Assembly: GCA_963733095.1 (NCBI GenBank)
Contig: CAVTBV010000009.1
Coordinates: forward strand, 160,001-224,000
Origin: Candidatus Bathyarchaeota archaeon
Lineage (GTDB): Archaea; Thermoproteota; Bathyarchaeia; Bathyarchaeales; Bathycorpusculaceae
Reading direction: 5' to 3'
Length of the DNA: 64,000 nt
The notes under the pieces are model-generated. The model worked only from the letters and a program-made list of their open reading frames with translations, searched no databases and was not told the origin of the DNA. Position numbers and translations under genes: made by a program. Below are positions 19,620-28,202 of this stretch, piece by piece (the stretch's first letter is position 1; the number at the start of each line of letters is the position of its first letter).

Positions 19620-20313
19620 AGGTAGTAAAGTTAGTGTAATAAGTACACCCATAGCATAGTTAACGACTAAATTTTCTGTTGATTCTATTGGACCTAGCCT
19701 ACATTTTCGCTTTAGTTTGTCGGATAGTGGCTTTAGTCACTATCAATAATCTTGTCTTATCATGGACTCAATAAGGGATATTGTTAATTATCTAGAGTAA
19801 ATTGTGCGGATACATCGCTAGTGATTTTTATCCGACACAATATTTTAGGAATAAAGCAGAGAGTTAACTAACAGACTACAGCGAACAGTTTAATCTTGGA
19901 TAATGTCGGCTCTGGTTGTGTCGGTCTTCAAATAAGAAGATAAAGAGCCGAAAGTGTCGGTCATATGGGAAGACTGCTATCTCTGGGCTATAAGAGTTTG
20001 TCGTATAGATAACTGAGATAACTTATGCTTTAGCCCATATTCCCGACAGAACGGCACTATCTTATCGCCTATTCCTTATTATAATATCTATACCGACACA
20101 GAGAACACCAGAATATAGATAAGATTATAAATTAACTAAGATAACCTACACTTATAGACAGATAACCGACAAACTAACTCCGCTACCCGATTGAATCCGA
20201 CACCAAATCCGACAGCCAGCATCCATAGTTAAGCTACCCCTGAAAGAAAATCATTGTCCTCACGATGGCTATTCTGAAGCCTGAATATTAGGTTTATTTT
20301 TCATGGTTTCTTT
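19620..20313 (+). ncRNA. Putative large structured ncRNA (or folded ssDNA element)
   Basis: ORF-free; more than 15 nested helices found by eye; G-U wobbles mostly on the + strand; ends approximate. Confidence 0.65.
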
Positions 20314-20315
20314 GT

Positions 20316-20699
20316 TTAGTGAAGATTTTTTATTTCCTTATAACAAGTATCTAATTTTCTTAAGAGTTTAACAACTCCATAATACGCAATCAATGAAGTT
20401 ATTGCAGCTACGAAAAATAAAAAAGTATTTATGGTGAAAGCTGGAGGTTGGTTTATGAATAATTGTATTGCAAATACTGTAAAAGTGACTCCACCAGCAA
20501 AAAACCCAAAAATTCCAGCTAAGTAGATTTGAAGGTCTGAATTGAGTTGGGCTAACCTGATTTGTAAGGCTCTATCTTCAATTATAGCATTTCTATTTTG
20601 AATAGCAAAGGCTTTTTCAATCTTTTCTTTAATGGCTAAATATTTGTCTAGCGCTTTATTGAATTGGTCTAAGCCTTTATCAACATCACTATCAGGCAT
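20316..20699 (-). CDS. Hypothetical 2-TM protein
   Basis: 127 aa ORF, coiled-coil plus two hydrophobic helices. Confidence 0.7.
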   Translation of the reverse strand: MPDSDVDKGLDQFNKALDKYLAIKEKIEKAFAIQNRNAIIEDRALQIRLAQLNSDLQIYLAGIFGFFAGGVTFTVFAIQLFINQPPAFTINTFLFFVAAITSLIAYYGVVKLLRKLDTCYKEIKNLH

Positions 20700-20755
20700 T
20701 TTTATCTGGTTGTTCGTATGGCGTTAACTGCTTAAAAGTTTTATCTTTAGTTTTG

Positions 20756-20938
20756 TTATCGGTGTCTATCATAGTCGTTTTTAGATAACACATAACCAGC
20801 TAGAGAAATTAAGAGAAAACCGACAACGCTCATGATAATTTGACCGATTAAACTTAAAGCCAAAACGTTAACTAAACCAAAAAGCAAAACAACTACTCCT
20901 AAAGCAAGAACAAATTTGAAAGCGTCTACTAATCCCAT
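20756..20938 (-). CDS. Small 2-TM protein
   Basis: 60 aa; SD-like GAGGT upstream. Confidence 0.7.
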   Translation of the reverse strand: MGLVDAFKFVLALGVVVLLFGLVNVLALSLIGQIIMSVVGFLLISLAGYVLSKNDYDRHR

Positions 20939-20950
20939 ATTATTTACCTC

Positions 20951-21277
20951 TTAGAAGTCAAACGGTGAACGCTTTTTCTTTTTTCTGCTCGGTGGCTCAC
21001 CTAAGAAGGCATTTTCATTAACTTGAGGAACTTCCCACATCTTGTTAAGCCTCTTATTGTACGCTATTCGGTCACGTTCATCTTGCCGTCTTTCTCTTTC
21101 TTCATTCTGCACAAAAGCTTGACCTCTGGCATATCCTCTTCCAGCATGATAATGTTCTCTTTCAATTTGAGCGTAATATTGCCTATCTTGCTCTTGTATT
21201 CGTTTTCTTGCTTCATTCTCACGGTAGGCTCTTTGAATACCTCTTCCGAGCAATTTACCAAATATCCATAGACCCAT
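20951..21277 (-). CDS. Charged hypothetical protein
   Basis: 108 aa, R/E/Q-rich, tandem with the next gene. Confidence 0.7.
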   Translation of the reverse strand: MGLWIFGKLLGRGIQRAYRENEARKRIQEQDRQYYAQIEREHYHAGRGYARGQAFVQNEERERRQDERDRIAYNKRLNKMWEVPQVNENAFLGEPPSRKKKKRSPFDF

Positions 21278-21469
21278 TCCAAAATAGTAAAAAGTTTTAC
21301 CAAATCCTATAAGAATTCTCTTGCCGATATTCTTTGAATTTGCCGTTTTAGATTCCAGCTTGTAAGTGTTTGTTTGAAAGTCTATTTATAATCTGTGGTA
21401 AACTCTTTCACTCGCTTTTTTGCATCGCTTGTTTTGCCTTAGTTCTTGTTTGTGTTTTGCTTGTGAAAA

Positions 21470-22117
21470 CTAACTAGGTGTTAAACCTAGAAAATTTGCC
21501 AGAATGAAGGAAATAAAGATAGCAGTTATGAAAAGAGCGAAAGAAATATAGAAAATTCTAAGGTATATTTTTGTGCGCATTTTACCCGTAAATTGTTTCT
21601 GTCCTGAGAGTTTGCAAATATGTTTTTCAAGTGACCTTGTTATTATTGGTGAAATAAAAACTTGAGATACCATTAATCCCATAGCAAATGCGTTTTTAAC
21701 GCTCTGTAAAAGGATGGGATTTGTTGAATTAAGGATTACATTTAACGCTATGAATGGAGTTACCAAATAATATATCAAACAGCTAAAAAGCAAACCCCAC
21801 GAAAGAATACGATACTCCATTGAGTCAGTCAACATTCCCCTTAACCCTATAGAATACGAAGCTAAGAGTGAGAGAATAATTCCTATTATTGAGAGTGCAA
21901 AACTGCTTGAAAATCTGTTAAAGAAAAAGGCGTGTTGACTTACAAGGATTCCAAGAGAGAATGTTGCAATTGCCACTAGGATGTTGTATAAACTATCTAT
22001 CTTATTGAGAACATTATCTCTTTTTCGCTCTTTTTTCGAGTTCAGAGATTCTTCTAGAAGTATGTCGATTTTTTGCTCTAAGGATTTGCTTTCTTCTGTT
22101 ACCACATATTTTCGCAC
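21470..22117 (-). CDS. Multi-TM hypothetical protein
   Basis: 215 aa ORF with about 5 TM helices. Confidence 0.7.
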   Translation of the reverse strand: MRKYVVTEESKSLEQKIDILLEESLNSKKERKRDNVLNKIDSLYNILVAIATFSLGILVSQHAFFFNRFSSSFALSIIGIILSLLASYSIGLRGMLTDSMEYRILSWGLLFSCLIYYLVTPFIALNVILNSTNPILLQSVKNAFAMGLMVSQVFISPIITRSLEKHICKLSGQKQFTGKMRTKIYLRIFYISFALFITAIFISFILANFLGLTPS

Positions 22118-22194
22118 TCGATAGATTGTTTTAGGAAAGCTTTTAGTTTTTGCTCTTTTGCGCTTTTTGAATTTAATGACTTAGTTATTTAATA

Positions 22195-22926
22195 TTACTT
22201 GATGTTCTCTAACTCTAGTGTAAGCTGTTGAATTTCGTTATCAACCTCTTCATTCTCTTTAAGCTCTTTTGAATAGAGTTCTCGAGTTTTAATTTGAAAT
22301 TGTTCAAAGAAATTATCGACCAAAGATTGATATTGATTTAGTGCAAGCTTTAAATCAATCTCATTGTGATTTTCGATATATCTTACAAAACCTTCACGTT
22401 CAAGTATTGGGTAAAGTTCTTCTTTTCTTTCAAGCAAGCTTTCCTTTGTTAAGAGTATGCTCTGTCTAAATGGTTGACCAATTCCCATTCTAGAGAAGTG
22501 TGCTACCAAATCTAGTAATTCATAGTGTTGGGTTAAATGTCGCAAGCATCTGCTAAAATTATATGAATCATCGGACTGTAAAGAACCAATTTTTGTTTTA
22601 TAAAAATCACTTATTCTTTCGTACCTTTCACTTAACTTCTTCCCCTGAGCAATCAATGTATAGGTGCTAGCAAGGTAGTTATGAAGTAATCTGGAAAGTT
22701 CTGCAAAGAACAAAACTCTTTCTTTCATTATGTTTATCAAAAATGTTGTATTTGCTTCATAGCTATTAATTGCCGTAGACAACTCTTGATAGTTTTTGTT
22801 AACCGCATAATGAGTGTTTCTAAAGTTATTGAGCATCTGAGAAACTTTAGTGCCGTACAATGTTCCTTTCTTTTCGTCTAGTAACGCCAATTTTTCTAAA
22901 ATTTGCAGTCTTCTATTTTGGCTCAT
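22195..22926 (-). CDS. HEPN-like protein (possible RNase toxin/Abi)
   Basis: All-helical; RLLHNYLAS upstream and LRHLTQH (Rx4H) motif. Confidence 0.6.
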   Translation of the reverse strand: MSQNRRLQILEKLALLDEKKGTLYGTKVSQMLNNFRNTHYAVNKNYQELSTAINSYEANTTFLINIMKERVLFFAELSRLLHNYLASTYTLIAQGKKLSERYERISDFYKTKIGSLQSDDSYNFSRCLRHLTQHYELLDLVAHFSRMGIGQPFRQSILLTKESLLERKEELYPILEREGFVRYIENHNEIDLKLALNQYQSLVDNFFEQFQIKTRELYSKELKENEEVDNEIQQLTLELENIK

Positions 22927-23011
22927 TAGTATCTTTTGATAAGTGTACACTTTACTTTTAGTTCTTTGCCCTTTTGCCCTTATGTAAAAGTTAGGTACTC
23001 TCTGGAAAAAT

Positions 23012-23133
23012 AAGAAGCCCAAACTAAGCCCCGTTAGAAAAAAATATACTCACACAACCTAAAAAGACCTATAATGACTTATTTTTTAAATTGGTTTAAA
23101 ATTTATGCCCTAAAAAAAAATTGCGCTCTGATT
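23012..23133 (+). repeat. Degenerate long inverted repeat, left arm
   Basis: aagaagcccaaactaagcccc / agaccta / gctctgatt are collinear with the reverse complement of 26510-26608. Confidence 0.6.
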
Positions 23134-23216
23134 CTTCCTTCTTCTGTACGTTAATAGGGTGTCCACTAGTATATTATAATATAATATTATTTTATATTAT
23201 AACTACTAAACTATAA

Positions 23217-23882
23217 CTAACTACTACTAACTAACCCTCTATTCCCATATCTCTGATTATTGATTGGCTCACTATCGTTCGCTTCTGTGTCACATATGGG
23301 TATAGAGTGATAATTATCTAAGGAAGGATTGATATCCTGTGAGTGTATAATTTTTTCTTGGGCTATCTTTTTATTTTCTTCTATTTGCTTAAGTTGGTTA
23401 ATAATAAAGTCATTTTTAATTTTACATAAACGGTTGAATTCTTCATTTATGAGGTTTGAATCTAGAAAATAGCGTGTATTGTTATCTGGTAGTATGTTGT
23501 CATTGACCGTTATGTGTGAGTCTGGGTTTTGTCTAAGATATTTACCCGCTAGCAATGCATCGGTGAAGTCATAAAAAACCAATCGGTCAACTTTAGTTTT
23601 GGCTATGTTAAATTGTCGGTAATAATCCAGAATTGCTTCTTTTATTTTAAGTTTTAAATCGTGCCTATTTATAACGCCTTTTTTAGCTACCAAGTTTGGA
23701 TGTTGTTCTAACTGTCTAGCTCTAACCGTCTTTTGCCAATCGGTCAGGTTATTTTCAGTTTCTTCTTGTTCGTCAATATAGTTTTTCAGAACTAAAAGTA
23801 CATGACTGAATTTCCATTGCTCAGAACTTAGACCCGTTAACTCTTCTCTACTCTTCATACTTTTTCCCTTCACTTTTGACAT
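23217..23882 (-). CDS. Hypothetical protein
   Basis: 221 aa ORF divergent from the + strand operon; no recognisable motif. Confidence 0.7.
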   Translation of the reverse strand: MSKVKGKSMKSREELTGLSSEQWKFSHVLLVLKNYIDEQEETENNLTDWQKTVRARQLEQHPNLVAKKGVINRHDLKLKIKEAILDYYRQFNIAKTKVDRLVFYDFTDALLAGKYLRQNPDSHITVNDNILPDNNTRYFLDSNLINEEFNRLCKIKNDFIINQLKQIEENKKIAQEKIIHSQDINPSLDNYHSIPICDTEANDSEPINNQRYGNRGLVSSS

Positions 23883-23988
23883 TAGAAATAGCCTTAAGCT
23901 ATACTCTATCGTAAGTATTAAATGTTACGATACTATTTAAATATTTTTCCTTTAAAAAATAAATGTTGTTACATGTCCTAAAAAAGAC

Positions 23989-24250
23989 ATATGTTAATAG
24001 AAGGGAAGGTTCGTGTTAGTCGAACCTGAAGAGTTAATTAACATATATGTGCTTCCACCCTTATAAGCTTTATGGCGTAATAAGACACCATATATGGCGA
24101 AAGTTAACGTTAAAAGAGCAAACCCGTGTTAGTCGGGAATGCCAAAGTTGAAGGATTTTTTAGGTTAAAAAAAGAGTGTCTATGGTGGTGAAATGGATGA
24201 AATGTATAAGCTACCTATGCCGACACCCAAACATAGGATAATAGCTTATA
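23989..24250. other. Hairpin-rich non-coding locus (candidate origin or small RNA)
   Basis: Two stems with the identical loop TGTTAGT; a third stem has CCGACACCCAAA as its loop. Confidence 0.65.
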
Positions 24251-24437
24251 AGTGAAGTTCACGAATTTAAATATTTTTATTGCTAGCAACAATCAATTAT
24301 TTTGTAGTTAGGAATATGGTTATATTATACATATTAACCGCAAAATCACTAAAAAGAGTTATTGGAAATAAAAAGACATAAATAGCTATATGAAGCTATA
24401 CGACTCTATAGCAAATATTAATATGGGAGATATGTAA

Positions 24438-24716
24438 ATGGCAAAACATGTTCAAAAACAATATTCAATAAACACTAGTTTAGATATTAATGAAAACCTA
24501 AGAATCCTGCGTTATAAGACTAATATGAACAATGCAGCTATTCTAAGCCAAATCATAACGCCACTAGCAGAGAAATTAGGCAACCAAGAAAAACCATGCG
24601 GTTTTATAGTTTATACCGTTAATGACCAAATAATCATTCAAACATATGGTTTTGGCAGTATTGTTTGTTCTGGTAAAGCCACCGCAACATTAAGCGATAT
24701 TTTAGGAGTTGCTTAA
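24438..24716 (+). CDS. Hypothetical protein (RHH-like N-terminus)
   Basis: Strand-helix-helix-like pattern; SD GGGAG; first gene of an operon. Confidence 0.65.
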   Translation: MAKHVQKQYSINTSLDINENLRILRYKTNMNNAAILSQIITPLAEKLGNQEKPCGFIVYTVNDQIIIQTYGFGSIVCSGKATATLSDILGVA

Positions 24717-24718
24717 CC

Positions 24719-24925
24719 GTGACTAAACAAAATCCTCAAACATTGAAAGAATCTACTGACCTTATCATTCAAGGGATTCAAGCCAAACAACTAAGAGAAA
24801 AAACATTAAACGGTGAAATTATCCAAACCTATGATGTTAAAGGTGAACTTGATTCAATCCCAAGAAATTTTGCTAGAAAGCTAGACAAACCTTGCGATGA
24901 GCTATCTAAAGAGAAGGAAGTCTAG
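24719..24925 (+). CDS. Hypothetical protein
   Basis: 68 aa, SD AGGAG, tightly packed. Confidence 0.65.
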   Translation: MTKQNPQTLKESTDLIIQGIQAKQLREKTLNGEIIQTYDVKGELDSIPRNFARKLDKPCDELSKEKEV

Positions 24926-24927
24926 CC

Positions 24928-25506
24928 ATGACTGAAGACGAAAAAGAAAATACCTATTCCGTTCCATTGCCAAAAGACAGTAAAACAATTAAGATGACCA
25001 TTGACGCAACAGCTAGAGAACAGCGTTTACTAGAAGACCTAAACAAAGCTAACCAAACTATAGGCGCACTCATGGGGCAACATAAAAAAGAATTCATCGA
25101 AGGAGAACAACGACCAGCCCCGAACGGTGACCAAGAGGATACTTCAACTATTGACCGTGAAGATAGAGCTAGAAACGGAAACGATACAAGAATACAATCT
25201 GCTGGGAGCTACGTAGATGTAGATTGGGTTAAAGGTTCAACGGTTCCAGAGGTCATTGAGAAGATTGAGTACTTAAGTAAGGTTGCAGATAACAAAGAAG
25301 TTTTTAAGAAAATCCATAATTCTCTGGTAAAAAAGGTGCTTCATGGGAAGCCAATTTCTATACAGTTTGAAGGTAGCCTAAAACAATTAGCCACTACAAG
25401 AGAAAAACAAATTCCAGAATTTTGTGATGACTCAACACGAAAACAGCTTCAATCTTGGAACACTAAAGTTAGAGCCAATAGGGTAAATTGGTCGGAGATA
25501 GAATAA
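24928..25506 (+). CDS. Hypothetical protein
   Basis: 192 aa, operonic. Confidence 0.75.
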   Translation: MTEDEKENTYSVPLPKDSKTIKMTIDATAREQRLLEDLNKANQTIGALMGQHKKEFIEGEQRPAPNGDQEDTSTIDREDRARNGNDTRIQSAGSYVDVDWVKGSTVPEVIEKIEYLSKVADNKEVFKKIHNSLVKKVLHGKPISIQFEGSLKQLATTREKQIPEFCDDSTRKQLQSWNTKVRANRVNWSEIE

Positions 25507-26003
25507 TGTCACTAGAAAAGAAACATGTTCCAAAAAGTGGATTTTGGAAACAAGAACATGACGGAAAAATGTATTGGGTCGAAAGTGACAAATTTGGAAA
25601 CCTAATAAAACTTTATGACCCCTTAGAAATTGAAGGCATAAGTCGTAGTGCAAATTACACTATAGTTTTTTTACGTGAATACACAGATACAAATTCTTTC
25701 AACGGCAAAATAAAAAAATGGTTTGCACAAGACATAAAGATGCATATAGGAGAAAATGTTGATTCATCGATAGTGATAAGGTTCGATTCTTATTCACGTA
25801 AATTCTTTATATCTGATTTAAAACCCGTTGGTCAAACTTTTTTAGCTCCACTTGAAAGCACACCTGAGTTAATTGTTACAAAAAGCGAACCTTACCCCGT
25901 AGACCAAATACAAGCGAAAGAAATCTTAGCTAAATATTCCTATGGATTCGGCAAGGTCGAAGTTGACGCTCAGGGAAATATCGAATATTATCAGACCTGT
26001 TGA
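25506..26003 (+). CDS. Hypothetical protein
   Basis: TAATG overlap with the previous gene (start MSLEKK). Confidence 0.75.
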   Translation: MSLEKKHVPKSGFWKQEHDGKMYWVESDKFGNLIKLYDPLEIEGISRSANYTIVFLREYTDTNSFNGKIKKWFAQDIKMHIGENVDSSIVIRFDSYSRKFFISDLKPVGQTFLAPLESTPELIVTKSEPYPVDQIQAKEILAKYSYGFGKVEVDAQGNIEYYQTC

Positions 26004-26007
26004 TTCT

Positions 26008-26202
26008 ATGACCCGTTGCGACTATTGCCACCAAGTTATTTTTCACAAAAATAATGAACGATTTTGTAACAGAGACCATAGTCACGCATATGTTCGCAAA
26101 CTGAGCGAAGTTTCAAGACGCTACATGTATAATTCACCTGAGCAACTTGAAGCCATAAAATTATATAAAAAACTAGGGAAGGATTACAAAAATGGTTTAT
26201 GA
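26008..26202 (+). CDS. Small zinc-finger protein
   Basis: MTRCDYCH...FCNRDH. Confidence 0.65.
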   Translation: MTRCDYCHQVIFHKNNERFCNRDHSHAYVRKLSEVSRRYMYNSPEQLEAIKLYKKLGKDYKNGL

Positions 26203-26323
26203 AAATTATAATGAATGTTCATGTGGCTTCGATAAAGCTGAGACCCGTATAGTTAATGGTCAAGTCTGGATAGTTTGCAGTAATCCCTTATGTCAAAAAG
26301 TACGTTATCGTTCATGGTTCTAA
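26192..26323 (+). CDS. Small Cys-rich protein (43 aa)
   Basis: Manual translation MVYENYNECSCGFDKAETRIVNGQVWIVCSNPLCQKVRYRSWF. Confidence 0.55.
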   Translation: MVYENYNECSCGFDKAETRIVNGQVWIVCSNPLCQKVRYRSWF

Positions 26324-26509
26324 ACCACTCTCCCCCTAGTTGGAGATTATATACTAATCAAATAATCTCAAAAAAATATGGGCTATTCTAAGGCTGTTTT
26401 TCTTTCTCTCACATAATCGCCTTATTTCCTCACTATAGCTTTTAGGCTAGCTTTTCTTTTTTGGCTTATGCATATCGATTATTATGCTATATCGACCATA
26501 ATAAAATAA

Positions 26510-26608
26510 AATCAGAGCTAACCCTAAAAATAATTTTTCAAAATATTTTTTGTTTTAGGTCTCTCTATGTGTAAAAAGTTGAAAAAAGGGGCTTAAAATG
26601 GGCTTCTT
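26510..26608 (-). repeat. Degenerate long inverted repeat, right arm
   Basis: ggggcttaaaatgggcttctt (26588-26608) is an 18/21 reverse complement of 23012-23032. Confidence 0.6.
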
Positions 26609-26821
26609 TTCCATTTTTTTCAAAATTTTCCCTATTTTAGACCCTATTTAAACCAAAAGTTTGTTAAGTTTGCTTCTCAAATCGCTTAAAATACAACTTT
26701 TGGTCCATGCTCACCCAGAGTATTAAAATATTTTCAAAAAGGAGCGTGAAAAAAGACGAAAAATGATAAAACGAAAAAATCTAAGACGGAACCTCAAAAA
26801 GAAGCGTTAAATTACAATTCG

Positions 26822-28111
26822 TTGATAAAAAAAATTGCTGAGAATGGTGACCTTTGCGTTCTCGGCATGAAAGGCACATGTAAAACCACTCTGCTTATGC
26901 ACTTAGCTAGAAACATAATGGAAGACCTAGACAACCACTTGATTATATTTGAGACCTTCCCGAAATGGCAAAAGGAATTCGATATTATACCCTACATGAT
27001 AATAAGCGATAGTGACGTTCAAGAAAAAGAAAATTCGCCATATATGCAAGAAAATTATTCTTATATTCAATGGTCTAAAAACTATGAGATAGCTAACGAA
27101 AGCGAAGTTTTAGAATTTCTAAAGACTAATAGAAATTGCTTATTCCTTATCGAAGCTGAAGACATGGAACGAATAAGCGCCTTTATGGAATTCGTGATTT
27201 ATACATGCTACAGAAAACAATACTTGAGAGCTAAAGCTGAAAACTTAGAGACTGTTAACGCTAATTATTGGTTCTTATGCGAAGAGGCACATAACCTTTT
27301 AGACAGTACAGTACTATCTAAAAAAACCTTTAACAAACTCCGAAAAATGCAGAGCGAATTCAGAAACTTAAAGATGCATCTTATAGTTGTGACTTTACGG
27401 TTACAATCACTTAGCCCAAAAATTAGAAGTACCATGTCTCTTTTGTGTTCCCGTGTAAGTTTGGATGACTACATGCTTAAGCTGAGAGCGTTATTAAGAA
27501 ATAGCGAATACAGAGACCTTATCACAACATTACCCAAAGGCGAATTTGTTTTTCCAGAGACAGACCAAAAATTAACAACTAAGCCATTTAATCAAGCTGG
27601 AAAGCCATATGAATGGAAACCAGAACCAGAGCCAACTATAGAAGAGACCACAGAAGAGCCTAGCTCAGAACCAGAACAGCCTAAAACCATTATGGGATTT
27701 ATAAAGAATCTATTCCACAAAAGCAAACCTGAGATTATAACCCAAAAAGAATACGATAGACTAAACAACTTAGACGATAAAGAATCAGAACCAGAGATAA
27801 AGATAGTTAGGGAAAAAGTTATAGCTATCACAATTAAGAAACCCAGAGCCACAAAACCAAAAACTACAGAGCCGATTAAAGAACCTGAAAAATCAAATAT
27901 GGAAAAGCTAAGAGATGTTTATTCCTCAGATAGCCAAGCATCTAAAGATTATGAAGCTTGGAAGAAAAAAGCTTTAGCCGAAAAGAAGCAAACAGAAACT
28001 AAAGAAGCAGAAACCGAAAGCAAAGAGAGGGAAGACAACATAAATGAAGATTCAAAAGGCGATTTTTTAGCCCTAAATGATGATGATTTAATGTTTAGTG
28101 AAGAGGAATAA
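26822..28111 (+). CDS. FtsK/HerA-superfamily-like P-loop ATPase with low-complexity tail
   Basis: Walker A GMKGTCKT, Walker B WFLCEEAH, FRN..hhhhT.R...L...IR; E/K/P-rich C-terminus. Confidence 0.8.
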   Translation: MIKKIAENGDLCVLGMKGTCKTTLLMHLARNIMEDLDNHLIIFETFPKWQKEFDIIPYMIISDSDVQEKENSPYMQENYSYIQWSKNYEIANESEVLEFLKTNRNCLFLIEAEDMERISAFMEFVIYTCYRKQYLRAKAENLETVNANYWFLCEEAHNLLDSTVLSKKTFNKLRKMQSEFRNLKMHLIVVTLRLQSLSPKIRSTMSLLCSRVSLDDYMLKLRALLRNSEYRDLITTLPKGEFVFPETDQKLTTKPFNQAGKPYEWKPEPEPTIEETTEEPSSEPEQPKTIMGFIKNLFHKSKPEIITQKEYDRLNNLDDKESEPEIKIVREKVIAITIKKPRATKPKTTEPIKEPEKSNMEKLRDVYSSDSQASKDYEAWKKKALAEKKQTETKEAETESKEREDNINEDSKGDFLALNDDDLMFSEEE

Positions 28112-28163
28112 AAAAAATGAACAACCACAAAAGTCAAAAATCATATATCCTTAGTTGGGGCTG

Positions 28164-28186
28164 TGGATTCAAATATGTATCCCTAG
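28164..28186 (+). repeat. Candidate attR
   Basis: aaatatgtatccctag is 14/16 identical to 18031-18046; shared tggattc upstream. Confidence 0.55.
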
Positions 28187-28202
28187 TTAAATGTGGAATG
28201 AC

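Larger units (their letters stand above)
18018..28186. mobile_element. Integrated element (provirus/plasmid-like), ~10.2 kb
   Basis: Integrase at left end, visibly AT-rich, ORFan-rich, P-loop ATPase at right end, imperfect terminal direct repeats, interrupts a housekeeping region. Confidence 0.88.

Noticed and set aside
19620-20313. CRISPR array, group I/II intron or tRNA cluster as explanation of the repeats
   Set aside because: Repeats are only 6 nt, in both orientations and irregularly spaced; I saw no intron catalytic motifs or TTCRA T-loops
26330-26820. A/T-tract-rich gap as a third structured RNA
   Set aside because: No convincing nested stems by eye; better explained by the inverted-repeat arm plus promoter/terminator tracts
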